A DNA stretch of 37,549 bases, taken from positions 1-37,549 of the forward strand of contig JNEM01012704.1 of the NCBI GenBank assembly GCA_000697335.1. Reading direction: 5' to 3'. Below the pieces are notes generated by a model. The model had not been told where the DNA came from. It saw only the letters and a program-made list of their open reading frames with translations, and did no database searches. Made by a program: the position numbers and the translations under genes. Position 1 is the first letter of the stretch, and each line of letters begins with the position of its first letter. Shown in pieces: positions 20,621-33,372 of the stretch. The stretch is from Conidiobolus incongruus B7586. Taxonomy: Eukaryota.

Positions 20621-20743
20621 GGTTCAATTAATTAATTAGATTGGATATTTAATAGTAATAAACATAATCAAAAACATGCTGATATTTATAATACTTCTCA
20701 ATAGAAATGCATCCGAGTTCTCAGTAACACTAGAGGAATTTTT
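20532..20743. repeat. 212-bp perfect direct repeat, copy 2
   Basis: Identical to 17682-17893. Confidence 0.95.
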
Positions 20744-21655
20744 AGAGGATTTATGAAAAGATTGTTAATAATAATGGTTTAATTTTGATTCAACAAAACG
20801 TTTTTTACCTCTTAATTATGGGAATTCTTTTTTTCTGAAATATTATTATATGCTTGTGATAGGAATTTGAGAAAATTTAAAATTATCATGCCGAATTTCA
20901 AGTCTAAAATAATATATTTTTATGGATGTGTAAAATGGAAAATGGATAGGTTGGTATTAAAAGGTTAATACATTTTATATTAATCATCTCTTTAAATTAT
21001 TAGTTAATTCTTTTAATATAATAAACTTTAAAAAGAATTAAAAATAGCAATTTCGTAATGAAATGACTAGTATTGACTCTATTTAGTTATTTAATACTAA
21101 TTTTAGGATCAATTAATTGATGAAAATAATGAAATATATATTTCTCTTATAATATTAAATAGTGATTTTTTATATTGAAAATAGAATAATTATATATTAA
21201 ATAAAAAAAATATTAATTCAATTTAATAATGTTTATTACGAAGTGATATAACTGGAATTTGATTCAATATTAAAATTTTAAATTTTACAACTATTATTAA
21301 ACCGATCTATTATATGTTTTTACATTTTTAAGTAAAATGGTGTAATTATTTAAAATAATCTTTATAAAAAGTGAAACTGTAAAAGTATTTGAAATTATGA
21401 CTTAAATTGATAATACTTAAAATCTAGTTTAAATTCTACATCATTACAATTAGCAGGATATATATGAATTTGGAAATACACGAATATAGTGTGGAAATAA
21501 ATAATAAGCATCAATCTATGAATTGATTAACATATTTATTTCATACTAAGATTCAAATAATTCATAGGTGAAGTATATTGTAAGAGATATGCTTTTCAAA
21601 ATATAAATTGATTTCAAGTTTGGGGTCGGTGATAATTTGATATTCAACTCAATGT

Positions 21656-22960
21656 TTACTCATCAGCATATTCTAATCCAATCTTAGCATCAGGGTATAA
21701 TTTTTTGAGCTGTTCTAGAAGATCTGGATAGATCTCACATTCAACATCTCTGGCCCAGAGGAAATCTAAATGTTCATAGTGAGGGATATCTTTATGGAAG
21801 GGAAGTTCTGGTAAACTTTCAATAAGGAGAGTATTATCACTTAAAGTATCACTACCACCATGAAATAAAACGATTTTAGTTGTGATTTGCTTGGTAGGAT
21901 ATGAATGAATCATATAGGTACGACGAGATGAAGAGGGTCCTATATTAGGAATATCATCATAGAATTGAAGTTTCAAATTTCGAATGATTTGGAACCAATG
22001 TACCAAGACTTTAACAGACGTGGTGGAGTACAAGTGAAGATAGCAGGAGAGCTTGGATTTGTAATCAATATTGCGGCTGTGCCAGCTGAATAAAAAATAC
22101 AAGCAGTAATCAATGAATTTGACAAATAGGGGAGTAGGAATGACTTCTTGCCAAAAATACACTGTGCTAATTGCAGCTCTACGTCCAAATAAGAGATAAA
22201 TGATGGTAGGAGATGCCTTTACAACAGAGTTTATGAAACGATTCATGAGTCCAAATGGAGCCATAGCAGGAGCTAATCCAATAAAACAATTGATTTTCTT
22301 GTTGAGCTCAAGATTGACACTGAGTGCCGCAAAAGCAACGGCAGTTCCTTGACTAAATCCAATGTATGTGAGAGAAGGATGTCCAGTTTGCTCCAATATA
22401 TAGTCAATTGTACTAGGAATATCAATTAAGGCAATTTCATCCATAGAAAAATCCCAAAAATCATTATTCAAAGCAGATCTCGACTGATGTTTAAAACTGT
22501 ATTTGTTTCCTCTGCAATTTCCTAACCATACATCAAAACCCAAGTCTACAAACCAGAAAGCAAGATTAGCAGTACGTTCAGGACGACATACAAAAATTTC
22601 AGAATTCATCATAAAACCGTGCCAAAGTAGGACAGCTGGTCGTTTAGTATGTTTAGACTTATTTTTAGGTAAAATACGATGAAGTCCTAAAAAGTAACCG
22701 TCGTTTGTTCTTACTACATGTTCCTCAAAACCATAACCAAATCTATGTACTAAATCATAAGTACAGTTGTATGGATACTCCTTAGCTGGGAATAACAAAA
22801 TTTGGCTAAATTGAAGAAATGAATTATTATATAAATAGTATATCTTTAAAATTTACCTTCCAAGGAAGTATTCTAATATAGAATTAATAAATCTTGCAGG
22901 AATTTCCAAAATAGATATCATTAAAGTACCAAAAAGATACAGATATTCTATTAAGCCCAT
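21656..22960 (-). CDS. AB-hydrolase lipase / sterol esterase (TGL1 / lysosomal acid lipase-like), ~417 aa; exons 22960-22857 and 22805-21656
   Basis: Motifs EEHVVRTNDGYFLGLHRI, LLWHGFMMNS, GFDVWLGNCRGNKYS, nucleophile GFSQG, GGSD and HYEHLDFLW. A 51-bp GTAAAT...TTTAG intron joins a hydrophobic first exon (MGLIEYLYLFGTLMISILEI) in frame. Confidence 0.93.
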
Positions 22961-24860
22961 TAAAAATTAATAAACTCATATTTGATTATATTGTCTCTAA
23001 TATATATTTTAGTTTAAATTGAGTCGATCAAAGTTTGAGAATTGGAGTTTAATTTATATTTTAGCTGAATACATTGGTTTATTGAATTTAGTAAGTTTCA
23101 TAATTTTGTGGTTTTGTTAAAATAGCAAATGTTGAAATAACTAGACACTATAATTTAACATGTGAAAAAGTATTAGGTCTTAATTATGAAATATTTGAAA
23201 CAAAAGTCATAGAAAATGGATAATCTTTGTAATTTATTCGAAAGAATTAGATCAAATAATTATTTATTTTTGACCTTAGATCTACGTTATAAAATAAATC
23301 AAGAAAATTATTTTCATCATCAACTTAGTAGAACAGCAATTAATATAATTTATACATCTCTCATCATTGAGCATCCTAGCCATGTTTCAGGTATTTACTC
23401 ATCCAATAGGTTAATTAAGTTAATTTATTCTTACAAATTCAAACGTTCAATTCATAATAGATTATGTTAATAAAATAATTTATAAAAATTATATATTTTG
23501 TATAGATTATATTTAATGTTGAACCAATTATACAATTATTATTCAATTTGGTCAATTACAAAAATATTAATTATATATTTGCTAAGTTTTATTTACTAAA
23601 TTATTGGGATTTATTGAGTAATAAATACATATAAATTTCCTATCTAGTTTAAATCTACATGCAAAAAATTTGGTCATGACTTTATCAACGATATATATAA
23701 TGCCTAAAAATATTAAATTTAAATAATTTTTGTGTTTAGTTTGGAGAATAAAATGTTCATTACATAATTTTATATATTGAGTGAAATAATAAACTATTTT
23801 GATGTAAAAAAATGTTGGTATATTTAACATGATTTTTAATAGATTTGATTTTGCAAAATTAAAATCAAATCTCCATGATTTCAATATTTAGAATTTTTTC
23901 AAGTTTTTATAAAGGAATGAATAGTTTAGTAAATATTTTAGCAATAGGCTAATATGACTATGTTCATTTTTAATAGATTGAATATTTATCGATCTAATTT
24001 AATATAATATGAAAAAGTACTTTCAAATAAAGTTGTATTAAATCTCTATAAATAGTATTTTAGAGTTTGAATTTCAAATTTGATAAGTATTTATATTTTC
24101 ATATAAGATTATTGAATAATATTAATTATAAGGGATATATTTGCAAAAATAAAATACTGATATTCAAAACTAAAATAAAATGTATTATTTAATCAATTAA
24201 TTTTGGAAGATTCAAAGTATAGTGTATAAGATAGCGGAACATATTTAATATTTTCAATAATAAAATTAGTCTTTGGTGTTTTTGTTCAAAAACTAGACAG
24301 CCTAATTGAAGTCAAATTGTAATTAAACAAATCATTCAAGCTTGATTATACGAAACAATTAAAGCAAAAATCAATGATTATTATTCTATATATATATAAT
24401 CATTATATAACTAATTTTATGTATTATATCTATTAATTGAAAAATCCAATATTAAACTCATTTTAAAACTGTAATTTAAATGAATATTTTGTTTATAAAA
24501 TGTTAATTAAATTTTGAAATTTGATTAGGGAAAATAATCCCATAAATTTGAAATTAAACAATTAATTTATAAAAATTTATAATTTAAACAATGTTAAAAT
24601 TATGAGAATATATAGTGTATAAATTAAACCAATTCTATATTTAATTCAAAATATTCAATATCAAATCTCATTTGAATATTATTTTAAAATTAAGTATAAG
24701 ACTTTTATAAATATTTAATAACTTCAATAACCATTTCAAATTTAATTATTTTAAACTTTTCAAATAATCATAATGTATTTTCACCTTTATTTATATTGTT
24801 TATAAACTAATTTTTTTTTAATTTAGATCGAATATTTTAGCTTTTATTATCTTATAAATA

Positions 24861-26596
24861 ATGGACAATAACGGACATTCTGAACCACCTTCTATTTTAC
24901 CCAAAGAGATTACTGAAGTTGCTAATGGTGGACCTACATCAGGTAAATTATTCAATTACAACACCCAAAATTTAATTAAAATTAATAATTCATTAACCAT
25001 AATTATTATAATTTAGTGAATGATCATTCTGACCGCAGAGGTATTTTATATTAATTATAAAATTAAATTTATAATAATTATTTAGGATATGGGTATGATT
25101 CACGTTATGATGAACGTAGTCATAGACACAGAGATTCAGAACGCGATAGAGACAGACACAGTCGCCGTAGTAGACGTGAAAGAAGTTATGATAGAGAACG
25201 TGATAGAGAAAGGTCAAGCCGTCGCGATAGAGAAAGAGATTATGATCGCGATCGTAGAAGTCACAGAGACTACGATAGGAGAAGAGATTATTCTCCAGGC
25301 AGAGACAGACATTCCAGAAGAAGTGAACGACGCCGATCTAGAGATAGTTACAGTCCTTCAAATAGATCAAGTAGCCACATGAATGAAAATATCGTTCCTC
25401 TACATTTACGCAAGCGTCATTTAAATCTATGGGATGTACGTCCTCCAGGTTATGATGGAATGACTTGTGAGCAAGTCAAAGCCACTGGACATTTCCCTCT
25501 TCCTGGTCACATTGGTGCTCTTAAAGCTGCCGGTCTTTACCACGGATATATCGCTAGTGGCTTGATGCCATCTCCCTATGCCCATCCTTTAATCACTCAG
25601 GGTATCGCCGGTAACGGTGGTCAAACTTTGACACTCGCGCGCCAAGCCAGACGTCTTTATGTTGGTAATATTCCATTTGCAATTACAGAAGGTGAAATTG
25701 AAAGATTCTTCAATGCAACCATGAAAGAGTTGAATATTGCTTCTTCTAGCGAAAATCCTGTTGTTTCGGTCTCTATTAACCACGATAAAAATTATGCATT
25801 TGTTGAATTTAGAGATGCTGATGAAGCTTCTGCTGCCATGGCTTTCGATGGTATTAATTTCCAAGGCCAAGCTCTCAAAATTCGTCGCCCTAAAGAATAC
25901 CAAGCTCCAACAAGTGATTCTGGAGACGCCGCTGCCACGACTTACATTGGTGGTGTTTCATCTAACGTTCAAGACACTCCCCATAAGCTATTTATTGGTG
26001 GTTTGCCCTCATACCTCAACGAAGAACAAGTTATTGAGTTGCTAAAGGTGTTTGGTGAACTTAAATCATTTAATTTAGTCAAAGACGCAGTTACTAATGT
26101 ATCAAAAGGATTTGCCTTTTGTGAATACGCAGACCCCAGCGTTACCGATCTAGCATGTCAAGGTCTTAATAACATGGAATTAGGCGACAAAAAGCTTCTT
26201 GTGCAACGTGCAAGTGTTGGTGCAAAGCCTATGATGGGCATCAACCCACCTCCTCAATTGTTTATCAATGCCGCACCCGATCAACTTCAGCCTACCCGTA
26301 TTTTGCTTCTACTCAATATGGTCACTCCCGAGGAATTAGAGGATGATGAAGAGTATGAAGAAATTTTAACCGATATTGAAGAAGAGGCCGCCAAATTTGG
26401 TAAAGTTCTATCGATCAAAATCCCAAGAGATAAAACTCAATATAACGAATCCGCTATCGGCAAAGTATTTATTGAGTATGATAATGACACGCAATGTGCT
26501 GTTGCTTTGAAAGCTTTAGCTGGTAGAAAATTTTCTGACAGAATTGTATTAGCTTCATACTATCCTGAGGAAAAATTTTTAAACGATGATCTTTAA
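24861..26596 (+). CDS. U2AF2: Splicing factor U2AF large subunit (U2AF65), ~538 aa; exons 24861-24942, 25017-25040, 25086-26596
   Basis: An RS/RD-rich N-terminus lies in frame upstream of the tracked ORF. It has the ULM (RKRHLNLWDVRPPGY), RRM1 (ARRLYVGNIP...NYAFVEFR), RRM2 (KLFIGGLP...SKGFAFCEY) and UHM (LLLNMV...GKVFIEY...AGRKFSDR). Two GT-AG introns keep the frame. Confidence 0.96.
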
Positions 26597-27940
26597 TTAT
26601 TTTTTACTCCATTTCATTTCCATATTATTATTATATCTGAAAATAATATAAATATGTCATTACAACTTATTTTTCAATAAAAAACCTTTTTTACATTGAT
26701 TTTTATTACTATGAATTTATTAATAACTTGTATTTACTCCTAATACTATTTAAATAAATCATATTTAGATTATTTCAGTTTAGAATTTGGAATACATTCA
26801 GGATATTATCACATTTTAGCTATATTTTTACTCTTATTTTCAAGAGATATTTTATTATCTTGGATTTTTGTTAGTATTTATTTCAATATGGATACAACTC
26901 ATCAGAATAATGATATTTAATAATAATTGCATTAATTTTATATATCAAAATTCAGCTCAATTGTTCAAATTTAGTTATTTTAATTTAAAAAAATAGTTAA
27001 CTATCACCAAAAATTTGGTTAAATCAGTTTATTTAGTTGAAATAATTTATTTACCTTTCTTAATTTTAAAATTAATTACTTAAAATAAGAAAACAAATGA
27101 ATTGAAAACTAAAAACAAAATTTTACATGTGATGTATTAATAATGGTATCATCATGTTAATATTATTGACAAAAATTTACAAAAAATAATTTTATTCAGA
27201 TTGTAAGTATAAAATAATTTAATCAAATTCAACAAACAAAGTTAAAAATTACTTGATATATCATGAGTGGTCACTTTGTAATATCTCTGACCCAAATTAG
27301 TCTATTTTAATATAATGATCAAATAAATATTTATATTAAAAATTATATATTTTGATAATTATTAATGCATTGTTGAAATAATATCAAGAATAATATTTTT
27401 CTTCCGATATGATCATTATTTGGTCTTTGAATATTGACATGATTTGAACCAGAAATTATCTCATTATTACATCTCTTTAGTTTAACGAGGCTTTTAAAAC
27501 AACGTTATTCAGGTATATCTAATTAGATGTTTTAAACTGTACATGTGATGATATATTTAATTTGTTAATAGACAAGTGAAAATTATAAAGTTAATCTTTA
27601 TCTGGAATTTTATATGATAAACTATTATCCAGACAACATTTATCTTTTACTAGTATTAACTATCATGCTATCTTACCTTTTTATCAAATTAGTTTTCAGA
27701 TTTTAATTAGGTCTTATGTTGCATAAGAGTAGTATTTTGGGATATGTTGAATGTAAACAATTCAAATTCATATCTTATAATCGAGTTTAAAAAAGTATTG
27801 AGATGATATTATTCATCTTTTACTGAAGAATTAAATCAATAATATAAAGTAAAAGAAATGATATATATTATCAATTTTTTTAGATGTTTGATTACCTTCT
27901 TAATGCATGAAAATTGAATAAAGTTTCAAATTGTTAAAAT

Positions 27941-28043
27941 ATGACATCATTGTTTAGCTATAAATTTGCTCAAAATAGCCCAAGTATTTAATGCTAAGAA
28001 TCATAATGACGTATTGAATGATGCGTCCACCTTTACTATAAAT
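27941..28043 (+). promoter_or_regulatory. CRE-like sites plus TATA box upstream of the large disordered protein gene
   Basis: ATGACATCAT at 27941-27950, ATGACGT at 28006-28012 and TATAAAT at 28037-28043. The TATA position favours ATG 28102 over ATG 28048. Confidence 0.45.
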
Positions 28044-28101
28044 ACCAATGCGACTCGCAATAGAGATAAAAAATAAAAGGACTTACTTTTTAACAGCTAG
28101 T

Positions 28102-31100
28102 ATGGATAACACTCAAACTTTATCGAAATCAAAAGGCGACATTCTCTCATCAAATTCTAACTTCCCCTTGTCGGAGAATAAGTTCCAAACCCCCAAAACC
28201 AACAAAACAACCAAATTGGATAAATTCAATTCAGATCTTTCACAATTACCAGGTGCTTATCCAAAAAAGAATCCTGATATTGTGCATGAAACAACTAACA
28301 AAAATTTGCATGACGAAACATTGCCAAACCCAGTCGAGTATATAACTGAGAAATTTAACAATTTGACCACTGCGATTGAATCTAACGCAATTAAAGGTGA
28401 TATTAACGATTTTCAAGAGCATTTAAAACAAAATATTGAAGACTCCACAGCCAAACCTACTGTCGGTTCTATTGAAACTATAGATTTATCATCTAACCAA
28501 CAAGTCAATTTACCATATAATATAGCAGGTATTCAAAATATGCCTAACAAATCTAAAACATCGAAACGCAAGAGCAAGAAGAGAGTCAGTGCAACTGAAT
28601 CTCCAAAGGCGACACCTAAAAATACTTCCCAGGTTTCCGAGGCGAATTCAGAGATTCCTAAACCTCCAAGCACCATACCTGATAATGAGAATATTTCTGA
28701 AACTCCAAATAATCAATCAACAATTCCTCCAGAGCCTCAAGTTTGTGTATTCCCAGTACCTGAACATCTAAAACAAGCTTCACACTTGGAAAACGATATT
28801 GACGAAGGTTTGAGGAATCAAGTTCAGCCCTCTACCCATCAACCTATCGGTCTAAATGAAAATGTAGGCAAAATTGACGCAAGAAGGCAATCACTAGAAC
28901 CACAATCACCAGAATTTAAACCTTATGAATATAGTCCTCCTGTTGTTCAAACAAAATTGAAAAAAAATGAACCAAATGTTACCCAGGAGGAAGGACCTAC
29001 TCAAAGCAAATTAGCAGATCCAAGCCCATTTCCAAACAAACCGGATGAAGGTGTAGATATCCCAATAAATGTTCATAAGAAGGACCTGAGTGGTGTTAAC
29101 TCTCTCCCAGTTGTAACTCCAATTGAGTCACCCAAGGTTTCATCTAAACCAATAGAGGGATTATCAAGCGATGTGAATACTTCACAAAACAAAGATTTGA
29201 GCGGCGTGACAACATTGCCCTCTGTTACTCCGATCACTACACCGCTAGCCCCATCTCCACCAAATGAAACACTTACTACAGATTCTACTAAATTGAACAA
29301 TTTGAAACAAGTTCCTCAAATCCAAACTGGTTCTAATCTGACAACACCAAAAGGTAAATGAATTTGTTATATATTTTAACCCATTTTTTAATATATCGAC
29401 CTAGATATCAAGTCGAATGATTCATCTCTTAATTCCGCACAAAATAATTTACCAACTTTATCATCAGTTTCTCATGAACCAACTTTAGATCCAAAAGAAT
29501 ATTCAAGAGGCTCTTATGCCGAGCTTAATACATTGAACAATAAGCCCGAGATGGCAATTCTTAATACAATTCAAACTAATGATGAAGAAAATAAGACTGC
29601 TACGCTTCGAAAACCCACCTCCACAATAGTGCATGAGCAAGCATCTAAGGTTCAAGAACAAATTGATGGATCAGGACCAAAATCCAGTTTGCACTCAGTT
29701 GATAAGTCATCTACTGCCGGAAGCCCCGCTACTCAAGACACAAGGCAGTTAAATACTAGTTCGAACTTCGTCAAAGATACAGAACACGCAAATATACTGA
29801 ATAACAACGAAAAACCTGACCTAGCTACTATTCCTAGCGACACACCTTCTCTAATGCAATCCCAATCTGATCAACACAACTCATCCGGTTTAAGTCCTAA
29901 AAACACTACACGATTCAGTAATGCTCAATCCAAAATTCCTGTTTTAAAGCGAAGAATAGCTCCAGGTATTCCTTTCTCTGGATTAACTGTTGGTGATTGC
30001 CTTGTAGGCTATACCCATCCTCAAGATGCCATAGACTCAATTCGTAGTTTAAATCAAGACTCTACTAATGTGACTAATACTAGATCAAATATTATATCTC
30101 AAAGCGCTGGCCAAGTCTCTGATACTAATCGAATTCCCCCTTCTATTCCATTAGCTGAAAATTTGACTAAGGATGGATTAAATGAACCTACTGAGTCAAA
30201 AAATGTACAGTCTAATAATATTCCAACTGGAATTAATACAAGCGAAGTATCAATTAAGAAAGAACCATCAAGAAGCTTGATAAAAGGAGACGGTACTGAT
30301 AAGATTGCACCAGGAATTCCTTTCTCGGGTGCAACGGTTGGTGATTCTTTGATTGGTTATACTTATCATGATGACAGCAAAAAGAGCCCAGTTCGACCAG
30401 AGAAATCTGGTAATGATGTTAGTACAAATAGATTTTTAAATCAAACAATTACTGATCTAGATCCAGTCTACCTTTCCTCAACTTTAGGTGATTCAGATGA
30501 TTTAAATACCCATCACAGCAAACCATCCTCAGATGGGAATTTAGAACCCGAATTTATTGCTGCCTATAATCGAATTGGAGAAGAACTTAATGAAATTATT
30601 CAGCCCCATCAGTACCAAATTATAGATAGTAAAGAAAATCCTCTTGAACCCATCGACGATGTTAATCTCTCCAGCCCAAATGCACAACAAAAACTATTGC
30701 CAGATGATGCTAAGCAAAATTCGTGTAATTTACCTCACCAACCAACTAACCAAATAGATCCTAACTCTAAAACCTCACCAATTTTAGTGCGAGATAGTGA
30801 TCCTACTCATCGAGAAGCTGTTGTGATAGAGATGAAAGATTCTCAAAATCCCACTAGTCCATTAAGTGTACAAAAATCCGAAGAGATCTCCAATGGAACA
30901 AATTCCAAAGTCTTTTTGAAAGGCCAGACCGTGACTGAACCAGCAGATGTGAAAATAATTAAGTATCACGAAGATTCTGTATATAATAGCAAATCCAAAG
31001 AACATGATGATATTAATAACAAGACGAACGATCCTTACGACGAAATACCAGTTAGAAAAACTGGTAGTATCAAAATAGTTACAGATTCACTTCAAGATCA

Positions 31101-31156
31101 TTTGGGTAATTATTTAGCTTGATTGCATTAGTCGATCTATTGCCTCTACAGTTTAA
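28102..31156 (+). CDS. Large Ser/Thr/Pro/Asn-rich disordered protein, ~985 aa; exons 28102-29353, 29405-31105 and probably 31152-31156 (or ends at 31122 if the last intron is not used)
   Basis: The two tracked ORFs are joined in frame by a 51-bp GTAAAT...CCTAG intron. A possible 46-bp GTAATT...TACAG terminal intron follows. No globular domain recognised; short internal repeats are present. Confidence 0.82.
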
Positions 31157-31338
31157 TTATTTTATATCCAATCTTTGTTTTAATTTGTATGTCATATATC
31201 AGTTAATAAACTCATTAAATTGTACATATAATGCTTTACAAGTCACATCGGAATTTCTTTTTCCCATAAACAAAAAATGTTATAAAATCTGATTAAATTG
31301 ATCGAGAATATTATTAATCCTAAATTGATGGAAATAAA

Positions 31339-32686
31339 ATGAGACCAGACGCATATAAACAAAAAGCTTCCAAAAAGTATCAAGCGAAACACAGAGCTAA
31401 ATTAACCGAGATTGGTACTCCTTCATATCGCCCCAAAGATCAACCTTTTCAAAATACTTTAAGCAACCTTGCAACTATTAAATTTGGTAATCTTAAACAG
31501 AGCATTGATATTCCGCTTTAGTAATATTAATTTAGAATCTAAAAAGAAAGAATTACCTAGTAATGCTTATAGATATAAAGAGGAAGATTTAGAAGGTAAA
31601 TAGTCGTTTATTTTTAATGACATGTTATTGATTTAAAAATAGATCAGGAATCTGTGGATCAAATATTTTTAAAAGAAATAGATAATCAAACACAGCAGTT
31701 AATTAGTCAAATAGAGCAAGCTGGTATTTTTATTGTATTTCTATATATTGTTCATTTAATTTTTTATGATTTTAGATCAAACTAATTTCGATCCTAGTGC
31801 CTACTTTAATTTTACTAATTCTCTAGTTGAAGAAATCAATAACGACGAAGTATTTAACTATATTAATCAATATAATCAGGAATTAAATTTCATTTTAGAA
31901 TGATAATGAAGTCTGGAATCAAATCAATACTGACAATTTAAACGAAATTTTACCTCACATAGCACTATTAGATCGTCTAGACTTTGACTCCGATACTATT
32001 GAAGATTTGGCATCTTTTGAAGCTCATACCATTCAAATTAAACCCAAAATCATTGATGTATCCATTCCTTCAAGCTTGCCACAAACCAAAGGTAAAATAA
32101 AAAATCACTACATTATATTAAATCTCAACTGGTTATAGATCCTTTACAAATGAAAGCTCCTAAGGATCTGGATGAATTGGATAGATTACTCTCCCTAGAT
32201 AATTCAGGTACTTTTTAATAATAATATACATATAATTTTCTTTCTAACACCTCATTAGAATTAGATCATGCTGTGAAAATTCCTACAATTATACCTCCAT
32301 CCAAAATCCAACAGTCAGATGATTCTGAGCTCGACGATTTGCTATCAGCTTCAACCACTAGTAATAAAACTGTCAACACCGCTTCTCTCAAACCTATAGT
32401 TTCAGCTGTCAAAAGTTCATTTGAATCTAATCAGCCCCACTTTAAAAGTAATTTTCATCTTTTTGTTATATTAATCAGTGTACATTAACCAATAATTTGA
32501 ATTTATTAGCTAATCCTATCAAATTCAATCATCCATTGCCCAATATAAGTAAATTGAATATTGGAAAACCAGGTTTGTTTTCTAAGTTAAATATCTTTAA
32601 TTTTTATTATTAATATTTTAGGTGCCAAAACTCCCAATAAGCATCAAGATGACGACGATTTTTTGGACGAATTATTAAATAGTTAA
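31339..32686 (+). CDS. Aven-like protein, 313 aa, 9 exons (31339-31486, 31536-31595, 31643-31723, 31776-31849, 31899-32091, 32139-32207, 32259-32447, 32510-32572, 32622-32686)
   Basis: Eight 47-62 bp GT-AG introns give a stop-free 942-bp CDS. Blocks KKELPSNAYRY, PSAYFNF, INTDNLNEILPHIALLDRLDF and C-terminal DDFLDELLNS resemble, in order, the conserved blocks of animal Aven as I recall them. The gene model is well supported; the identity is less so. Confidence 0.65.
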
Positions 32687-33372
32687 TATAATGAAATTTT
32701 TAAATATAGTTATATCAATATTTAATAGAATTGCATTTTTCAATTTTAAGTATTTAGAAATTTTTTTACTTATATTTTAAAAATTTTCATTTAGAAATTT
32801 ATGATTTAAAAACACCTCATCGATACAATAATACTTTGTTTATTTTTTCTATATCAAATATTAAATTTTACATCAGATGGTATGTATATTAAATTCATCA
32901 ACAATTATTTTAATATAGATAATAATCATCTGATATGAATTGTTGAATTCAAAAATTATTTCAAATTAAAAAATCAATTTTCAATAATTATGTTTATTCT
33001 TGTTTTCTCTGATATTAATAATTTTTAAATAGGTACAATTCAATTTAATTTTCCTAAATAATTAATTTATAAATGAGATAAATAACGAACACTGTTGCTT
33101 AATTAAATGATCTATCAAAATACAATAGAAAAATTAATATTTAAAATATTTCAGCTAAGAATGAGATTTTATTCAATAATAATGTTAACAATAAATCAAT
33201 CTATTTTAATTATTATAATACTTTTCATAATAATATTTATTAAATATAATTCTGTTATTACCAGTCACAAAATTTAGCAAATTAAAATTGAACCCATAAA
33301 CAAATTATGAAAAATAAAAATAACAAGTTAGGAGTGGTATAGTTAACTTTGATCATCTATTATAAAGTCATA

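Noticed and set aside
13395..22960. NTE1 and lipase flanking the peptide genes as a lipid/membrane-attack gene cluster
   Set aside because: Both look like ordinary housekeeping intracellular enzymes. No shared regulatory motif was seen, and adjacency alone is not evidence.
25089..25382. 97-aa Ile/Val/Glu-rich ORF overlapping the U2AF65 start, resembling a coupled upstream gene
   Set aside because: It is an alternative frame of the RS/RD domain of U2AF65. The RS frame is open and continuous with the RRM ORF.
28048..28101. Upstream ATG extension of the large disordered protein
   Set aside because: ATG 28048 lies only 5 bp after the likely TATA box, so it is probably upstream of the transcription start. 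ATG 28102 is preferred.
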